Positions 19,696-24,922 of a DNA stretch of 24,922 bases are shown here, piece by piece. Position numbers and translations under genes: made by a program. Each line of letters starts with the position of its first letter. Position 1 is the stretch's first letter. This stretch comes from Synechococcus sp. (GTDB taxonomy: Bacteria; Cyanobacteriota; Cyanobacteriia; Thermostichales; PCC-7336). Location of the stretch: contig JBFRWN010000002.1 of assembly GCA_051439605.1 (NCBI GenBank), forward strand, positions 1-24,922. Direction: 5' to 3'. The notes under the pieces are model-generated. The model made no database searches. It had not been told where the DNA came from and saw only the letters and a program-made list of their open reading frames with translations.

Positions 19696-19717
19696 TCGTT
19701 ATCTAGCTAATAAACGA
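19696..19717. promoter_or_regulatory. Palindromic operator upstream of modA (ModE-box-like, or a variant of the island motif)
   Basis: TCGTT-ATC-TAGCTA-ATA-AACGA is a perfect dyad apart from the N3 spacers. The CGTTAT...AACG arms resemble ModE boxes. Confidence 0.45.
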
Positions 19718-19915
19718 GAACGGGTGATTATTGCAGGGGTTACCTATCGACACAGCTTTGTATCGCTGAATTAGTGGGTGGCACCGAATCCTGCCATAAC
19801 ATGCTTGTTGTGTATGACCTTTATGCCGATTCAATCCCCACAAGCCTCTACTCGTTGACTCTCTCTAACGGGAAAAACGTAAAGTTTTGACACGGCAAAC
19901 AAGAGCGAACACTCA

Positions 19916-19931
19916 ATAGCTATACGGTAAT
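19916..19931 (+). promoter_or_regulatory. Putative operator, copy 5 (ho2-hemN)
   Basis: ATAGCTATACGGTAAT, 13/14 identical to the acsF site over ATAGCTATAYGGTA. Contains the GGWAA half-site reported for ChlR. Confidence 0.62.
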
Positions 19932-20195
19932 TAAAGAAGATTTTTGTGGTACAGCAAAGATCGATGAACGAGAGTCTCTGAGGTGACCCGCACTAGGTGT
20001 CGTACTCTCTCCTCTCCGGCACCTAGCGCTCTGTTTTCTCTCCCCCAACCAGCTCGTTAGTGCTGTAGAACCTCTCGGGCTCCTATACGGGCTCGATTGA
20101 GGTTTGACCTTGCCGCCATTTTTTAGACTCTCCGCTCAAAATTTTCTCTATCAGTCTCCGCTTTCAAATCAATCTAGATTTCGAGGTTATTGACG

Positions 20196-20948
20196 ATGAC
20201 TTGTGATTTGGCACTGCGCTTGCGAGAAGGTACAAAGCAGTCTCATACTCTGGCAGAAAATACGGCCTTCATGAAATGCTTCCTCAAGGGCATCGTGGAA
20301 AGGGAACCGTTCCGCAAATTGACCGCAGACCTTTACTACGTTTACCGCACCTTAGAGGAGGAAATGCGTCGCCACAAGGAGCATCCAGTTGTCGGGCCGA
20401 TGGTGTTTCCCGAACTGGAACGCACGCAGAAACTAGAGGAAGATCTGGCTTACTACTACGGCGAAAATTGGCGTAACGATATTGCCGCTTCCCCAGAGGG
20501 AGAAAACTATGTGGCGCGGCTGCGCGAGATTGCCAATACCAACCCCGCCTTACTGATCGCCCATGCCTACGTTCGCTACATGGGGGATCTCTCTGGCGGT
20601 CAAAGCTTGCGCCACATTACCCGCTCGGCCCTAGATCTACCGCCGGATAAGGGGACCGGCCTGCACGAGTTCGACCGACTGCCTACCGTTGAAGCCAAGC
20701 GAGAGTTTAAACGCACCTATCGGGATAGCTTGAACTCGCTACCCGTTGACGAGGCCTTAATCCAGGAGATTGTGGCAGAAGCAAATCGAGCATTTGCCCT
20801 CAACCGCAACGTCTTCCACGAGCTCGAACCGGACGTTAAAGCTGCGATTGGGGAGCATGTTTTTGACTTGATTACCCGCCAAGATAAACCGGGCAGTACG
20901 GAAAGAGCGCCCGGCCATACATCCGTCGAGCTAGTTGCAGCTCAGTGA
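20196..20948 (+). CDS. ho2: Heme oxygenase (biliverdin-producing), Ho2-type, copy B
   Basis: LREGTKQSHTLAENTAFMKCFLKGIVEREPF, AHAYVRYMGDLSGGQ, KAAIGEHVFDLITRQDKPGSTE. ATG at 20196 follows GAGGT. Directly upstream of hemN, as in known ho2-hemN operons. Confidence 0.93.
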   Translation: MTCDLALRLREGTKQSHTLAENTAFMKCFLKGIVEREPFRKLTADLYYVYRTLEEEMRRHKEHPVVGPMVFPELERTQKLEEDLAYYYGENWRNDIAASPEGENYVARLREIANTNPALLIAHAYVRYMGDLSGGQSLRHITRSALDLPPDKGTGLHEFDRLPTVEAKREFKRTYRDSLNSLPVDEALIQEIVAEANRAFALNRNVFHELEPDVKAAIGEHVFDLITRQDKPGSTERAPGHTSVELVAAQ

Positions 20949-20956
20949 ACGATAGA

Positions 20957-21004
20957 GGGGACATGGCTCAACTGTCCCCCAATCCCCCTGATAGGGGGGA
21001 CTTT
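20957..21004 (+). terminator. Tandem hairpins between ho copy B and hemN
   Basis: GGGGACA/TGTCCCC (20957-20979) and TCCCCCT-GAT-AGGGGGGA (20983-21000), followed by CTTT. Confidence 0.55.
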
Positions 21005-21057
21005 ACATCTCTACTTTTTAGCCCCGATCGCAGCCGATTGCCGTTCGATATTGACCT

Positions 21058-22458
21058 ATGAATACTCTGACGCTAACACCCACCGTTGATGAAACGTTGC
21101 TGGCCAAATACAACCGACCGTTGCCCCGCTACACCAGCTATCCCCCCGCTACGGAATTGCGAGAAGGGTTTGGAACGGCTGACTTTACATCGGCGATCGC
21201 CGTGGGCAATTACAAACACACTCCTCTGTCCCTGTATTGCCACATTCCCTTTTGCGAAACCGCTTGCTACTTCTGCGGTTGCAACACGATCGTGACCCAA
21301 CACAAAGCGGTTGCGGAACCGTACTTAAGTTACTTAATCCGCAACATCGAGCAGGTGGCAGCCCTGACCGATCGGCGTCGGGTCGTCAATCAAATGCACT
21401 GGGGCGGCGGCACCCCCAACTATTTGAGCCTGGAACAAGTGGAGCGGCTTTGGACATCCCTGGATCGGCACTTCCACTTTGCAGAAGATGCCGAAATCTC
21501 TATTGAAGTGAATCCCCGCCATCTGGATCGCGACTACGTCATGGGACTGCGACAGATTGGCTTTAACCGCATCAGTTTCGGCATTCAAGACTTTAACCCC
21601 CAGGTGCAAGCTGCCATCAATCGCATTCAACCGGAAGAGATGTTGTTCCAGGGGATGGCCTGGATGCGGGAAGCCGGTTTTGAGAGCATCAACGTCGATC
21701 TGATCTACGGTCTCCCCCATCAGACCCAGGACACCTTCCGGGATACCATCCGCAAAACGATCGCTCTAGACCCCGATCGCATTGCCCTATTCAACTTTGC
21801 CTACGTGCCGTGGATCAAGCCAGTTCAGAAAAAATATATCGATCCTGCTCACTTGCCCTCCTCCTCGGAAAAACTCAGGATTTTCCATCAGAGCATTGAC
21901 GAGTTGACAGCCCGAGGGTACCAGTTCATTGGCATGGATCACTTTGCCAAGCCAGAGGACGAGCTTACCCTGGCTCAGCAGGCCGGACAACTGCACCGCA
22001 ATTTCCAGGGCTACACCACTAAACCAGAGTCGGACCTCTTGGCCTTCGGCATGACATCCATCAGCATGTTGCACGATGTGTACTTGCAAAACCACAAAAG
22101 GCTGAGGGACTTCTATCGGGCAATCGACGACCAGCAGTTACCCATCGAGCGAGGGGTGACCCTCGGTGCGGACGACGTTTTGCGGCGGGCGATCGTCATG
22201 GAGTTGATGTGCCAGTTCGAGCTATCCAAAGCGGCGATCGAATCCAAATATCACCTCAGCTTCGATCGAGACTTTGACGAGTATTTCGCTCGAGAACGGC
22301 AGGACCTAGAAGTCTTAGCTGCAGATGGTCTGGTCCGCCTGACGCCAAACCACATCGAAGTTACGTCGGCAGGACGCTTGCTTATTCGCAACATTGCAGC
22401 AGTGTTTGACATCTACCTGCGCAATCCGCAAAACCGCCAGTTTTCGCAATCGGTTTAG
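21058..22458 (+). CDS. hemN: Oxygen-independent coproporphyrinogen III oxidase (radical SAM)
   Basis: PRYTSYP, SLYCHIPFCETACYFCGC (CxxxCxxC), HWGGGTP, FNRISFGIQDF, DLIYGLP, IGMDHF and RNFQGYTT motifs. Confidence 0.95.
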   Translation: MNTLTLTPTVDETLLAKYNRPLPRYTSYPPATELREGFGTADFTSAIAVGNYKHTPLSLYCHIPFCETACYFCGCNTIVTQHKAVAEPYLSYLIRNIEQVAALTDRRRVVNQMHWGGGTPNYLSLEQVERLWTSLDRHFHFAEDAEISIEVNPRHLDRDYVMGLRQIGFNRISFGIQDFNPQVQAAINRIQPEEMLFQGMAWMREAGFESINVDLIYGLPHQTQDTFRDTIRKTIALDPDRIALFNFAYVPWIKPVQKKYIDPAHLPSSSEKLRIFHQSIDELTARGYQFIGMDHFAKPEDELTLAQQAGQLHRNFQGYTTKPESDLLAFGMTSISMLHDVYLQNHKRLRDFYRAIDDQQLPIERGVTLGADDVLRRAIVMELMCQFELSKAAIESKYHLSFDRDFDEYFARERQDLEVLAADGLVRLTPNHIEVTSAGRLLIRNIAAVFDIYLRNPQNRQFSQSV

Positions 22459-22611
22459 CCTGCGAAAGCCTGTTAGTCTCGAACCATGACAACTATCGAG
22501 GAGGTCAGACTACTGCGCCTGCTAATGGCGACCCAAATGGACTTGAATTCTCATGCAGGCTCTTCTCAAACACAGATTCCCATAAGCTGAGTCTACTCTG
22601 TGGATAACTCG

Positions 22612-23559
22612 ATGAATGACAAAGCTAAGCCAGACTGGGCGGGCGATGATTTACTCTCCCACTTGGTGAATCTAGCGATCCAAACCAAGCCCCTTTACAG
22701 GGTCATGAAGTCCCAAGCCAGACGGGTAATGGTAAAAACTGCCGAGAAGAATGACATCCCGTGGCGGGAAAATTACAAGATGCTAGAAGCTTCTGGAGCC
22801 AAACAGGTTCTGGCGGAAATCTCGAATCCAGAGATTGATTACCCGGATTACTATCGGGTGCCTTTCCATGCCTACGACAACGGAAATCTGTGCTGGCCCG
22901 CTGCCTTCGAGGCAGAATCGGCAACCTACTCCATGGCGCTGCGGGTTTGGCCGCAAGAAGAGCTCACTTGGCAAGCAGCACACGAACGGTTGCGCTCTAG
23001 TTTTCATCAGGTACTGGCCCAGTATTGCTGCTCCCCGGTGAAAGACATTCTCGACATGGGCTGTTCGGTGGGGCTCTCTACGCGATCGGTGCATGACTAT
23101 TTCGAGAGAACTCAAGACGGCCCCGTGCGTACCGTGGGATTGGATCTTTCGCCGCACATGTTGTCAGTGGCGAAGACTCTGGATAACAACAACGCGATCG
23201 CTCGGTGGATTCATGCGAAAGCAGAAGACACGGGGCTACCCAATGCTGCTTTCGATTTGGTAACGCTTCAGTTTGTGATTCACGAGTTGCCGCGCCACAT
23301 CACCCAAGCGATCTTTCAAGAAGCCCGGCGACTCTTGAAACCGGGGGGATGCCTGGCAATCCACGACAATAATCCCCAATCTCCCGTCATTCAAAATCTA
23401 CCGCCCGTCCTCTTTACTCTGATGAAGAGTACCGAACCCTGGAGCGATGACTACTTTACCTTCGATGTGGAAGCGGCCCTGCAAGCCAGTGGATTAGAGC
23501 ACCTGGCTACCGTTAATAGCGATCCTCGCCACCGCACAGTCATTGCTCGAGAACCTTAA
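22612..23559 (+). CDS. Class I SAM-dependent methyltransferase (cyanobacterial family)
   Basis: YPDYY..PFHAYD.GNLCW, motif I ILDMGCSVG, GLDLSP.ML and FDLVT...V.HELP motifs. Start at ATG 22612 (GTG 22600 possible). Confidence 0.88.
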   Translation: MNDKAKPDWAGDDLLSHLVNLAIQTKPLYRVMKSQARRVMVKTAEKNDIPWRENYKMLEASGAKQVLAEISNPEIDYPDYYRVPFHAYDNGNLCWPAAFEAESATYSMALRVWPQEELTWQAAHERLRSSFHQVLAQYCCSPVKDILDMGCSVGLSTRSVHDYFERTQDGPVRTVGLDLSPHMLSVAKTLDNNNAIARWIHAKAEDTGLPNAAFDLVTLQFVIHELPRHITQAIFQEARRLLKPGGCLAIHDNNPQSPVIQNLPPVLFTLMKSTEPWSDDYFTFDVEAALQASGLEHLATVNSDPRHRTVIAREP

Positions 23560-23571
23560 TCCCTACGGAAC

Positions 23572-23608
23572 TGGCGAGCCCGTCCTTACTAGATTTGGAA
23601 GCTCGCCA
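23572..23608. terminator. Inverted repeat between the convergent methyltransferase and Nudix fragment
   Basis: TGGCGAGC (23572-23579) pairs with GCTCGCCA (23601-23608). Confidence 0.45.
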
Positions 23609-23897
23609 TTTCAAGAATACCGGGGACTGCAGCCTTGGGATGGTCTTCCTGGGGAACTCTTCCCCCGGGGAAATCTAGGGTGGGTTGTCCTACTCCTGGA
23701 CGGTACATTGCGGGAGGCAATATCAAATGGTTGTCGTGTACGGTCAAAATCACTGCGGAATTGGCAGTTTCAACCCGCCAGTAATCCAGCATGCGGTTGC
23801 GATCGTCCTGCAGGCGTTCGCCAATCAGCGCCATCCAAGGAGACTTGACTTCGAGGAAGCGATCGAGGGCTTGCCAGGACGGAGAAGGGGCACCCAT
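23589..23897 (-). pseudogene. C-terminally truncated Nudix hydrolase
   Basis: W...DRFLE..SPWM.LIGE.LQDD....LDYWRVE.A.S.VIL, MYRPGVGQPTLDFPGGRV. The reading frame ends inside the Nudix box (GILE|MASFQI*) after 102 aa. Confidence 0.72.
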
Positions 23898-23925
23898 GGA
23901 AGAAATCTCCAGAAAATTGCGGGAT

Positions 23926-24717
23926 TCATAATGGCACGTAGCGAACGGGAACAAGCGTTTCGCGCTGGATTTGCGCGGCAAACTGGCACAAAAAGTCGCT
24001 CTTGACCGGTTGGAGGGAATGGATGGCATAGGGTCTCGATTGCTGATGGTTTCCACGAGCATCTAATTGACGAGTTAACGGTCGAGGTCGAGTGGGTGTG
24101 TTGATTTGAATCTCGTCCGGATGTATCTGCTGAATGTATTGAATAAACTTCCTCCGCTTGGCCTCAGACCAAGGAGACAGCAGCATCGTCTGAATGGCTA
24201 AATGGCCGGAGTAATCCTGTCGGAATTGCATCAATCCCTTTAAGACACGAGTGAGGTGAATCTGTGGAATGGGCCGACTAACACCTTTGAATTGAGTCTC
24301 TGCGACTGCATCGAGTTTAGCTGCAACGGTATCGGCGGCAGCTAGATCGTTACGCACCTCTCGATCGTGCAACATTGTGCTGTTCGTCAGTACAACCGTA
24401 GGACGACCGATGACAGTTCGGGCGGTGGCGAGAATCTCCGCTAAATTGGCAGCCAGAGTGGGTTCGCCGCTGCCACTGACGGTCACGACATCTACGACAT
24501 TGGGATCGATGTGCAACAGTTCTCGTTCTATTTCGTCAGTGGCAACGAATATCTGTCGTCGATCGGTCACGCGTTCAATCTCGCCCAACTGGCAGTAAAC
24601 GCAATTGAAGGAACAAGTCGATACCGCACCAATAGGGTCGATGCCGAGCGATCGCCCAAACCGCCAAGAAGAGACCGGGCCGTAAACAGCTCGGACTGGA
24701 AGGCTAGGCTCTGGCAT
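23926..24717 (-). CDS. Radical SAM Fe-S oxidoreductase (COG0731-like)
   Basis: VYGPVSSWRFGRSLGID, CSFNCVYCQLG (CxxxCxxC), SGSGEPTL, VLTNS and INTPTRP motifs. Confidence 0.88.
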   Translation of the reverse strand: MPEPSLPVRAVYGPVSSWRFGRSLGIDPIGAVSTCSFNCVYCQLGEIERVTDRRQIFVATDEIERELLHIDPNVVDVVTVSGSGEPTLAANLAEILATARTVIGRPTVVLTNSTMLHDREVRNDLAAADTVAAKLDAVAETQFKGVSRPIPQIHLTRVLKGLMQFRQDYSGHLAIQTMLLSPWSEAKRRKFIQYIQQIHPDEIQINTPTRPRPLTRQLDARGNHQQSRPYAIHSLQPVKSDFLCQFAAQIQRETLVPVRYVPL

Positions 24718-24793
24718 GGCTTTTCAACCTCCCTAAAACACCACAATTGCAAGAAATCGACTCATCATTGACGACTCCATGGAACGGTAACCG

Positions 24794-24922
24794 CTAACCC
24801 CGGCTAGCAACATCCTGCCATTCTTGCATCGTGCTGGCAGGCACACTCATCTCGACTGCCGATCCATCCAAGGTTGGTACTGTTAGCTTGAGTGGAACTT
24901 CGGGGCGTAATTGAGGCAGCAC
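24794..24922 (-). CDS. C-terminus of a probable DUF3122-family protein (partial, runs off the window)
   Basis: Minus-strand frame VLPQLRPEVPLKLTVPTLDGSAVEMSVPASTMQEWQDVASRG* resembles the DUF3122 C-terminus (LPQL...PL.L..P...EWQ). Recognised from memory only. Confidence 0.55.
   Translation of the reverse strand: MLPQLRPEVPLKLTVPTLDGSAVEMSVPASTMQEWQDVASRG

Larger units (their letters stand above)
2073..23201. repeat. Dispersed HIP1 octamers (GCGATCGC)
   Basis: Examples at 2073, 4032, 11061, 11660, 15559, 15622, 21193 and 23194. Hallmark of cyanobacterial genomes. Confidence 0.9.

Noticed and set aside
19801..19890. 29-aa ORF MLVVYDLYADSIPTSLYSLTLSNGKNVKF
   Set aside because: No SD, no recognisable motif, and it lies in a divergent promoter region.
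23898..24062. N-terminal extension of the Nudix ORF
   Set aside because: It overlaps the radical SAM gene in another frame. ATG 23897 has a GGAGA SD.
1..24922. CRISPR arrays, tRNA/rRNA genes, prophage or defence genes
   Set aside because: No regularly spaced direct repeats, RNA-gene signatures or such ORFs seen. Nearly all sequence is explained by the annotated CDSs.

Overview
Cyanobacterial chromosomal window (HIP1 octamers GCGATCGC throughout). It has three blocks. (1) 1-1.2 kb: a nicotinamide-riboside salvage locus, where the 3' end of pnuC is fused to unrelated, possibly IS-derived sequence and followed by a NadR-like NMNAT/kinase. (2) 1.5-10.3 kb: a probable organic-nitrogen module of a DUF1028 Ntn-type protein, an AsnB-family amidotransferase and a complete Opp/Dpp-type ABC importer. 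(3) 10.8-24.9 kb: a low-oxygen tetrapyrrole island. It holds a Cys-containing ArsR/SmtB-type (ChlR-like) regulator, a pentapeptide-repeat protein, acsF, hemF-ho2-hemJ, modA-modBC, ho2-hemN-methyltransferase, a truncated Nudix gene, a radical SAM gene and a partial DUF3122-like gene. The main observation is a 16-bp semi-palindromic operator (about ATAGCTA-NN-TRGTWAT) upstream of five transcription units of the island, including the regulator itself. This suggests an extended regulon covering the O2-dependent steps of tetrapyrrole synthesis. Other notable points are two Ho2-type paralogues each followed by tandem hairpins, a modA that appears to start at ATA, and a structured ho2 leader with an anti-SD-like loop. 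All family assignments come from motif recognition, not database searches.
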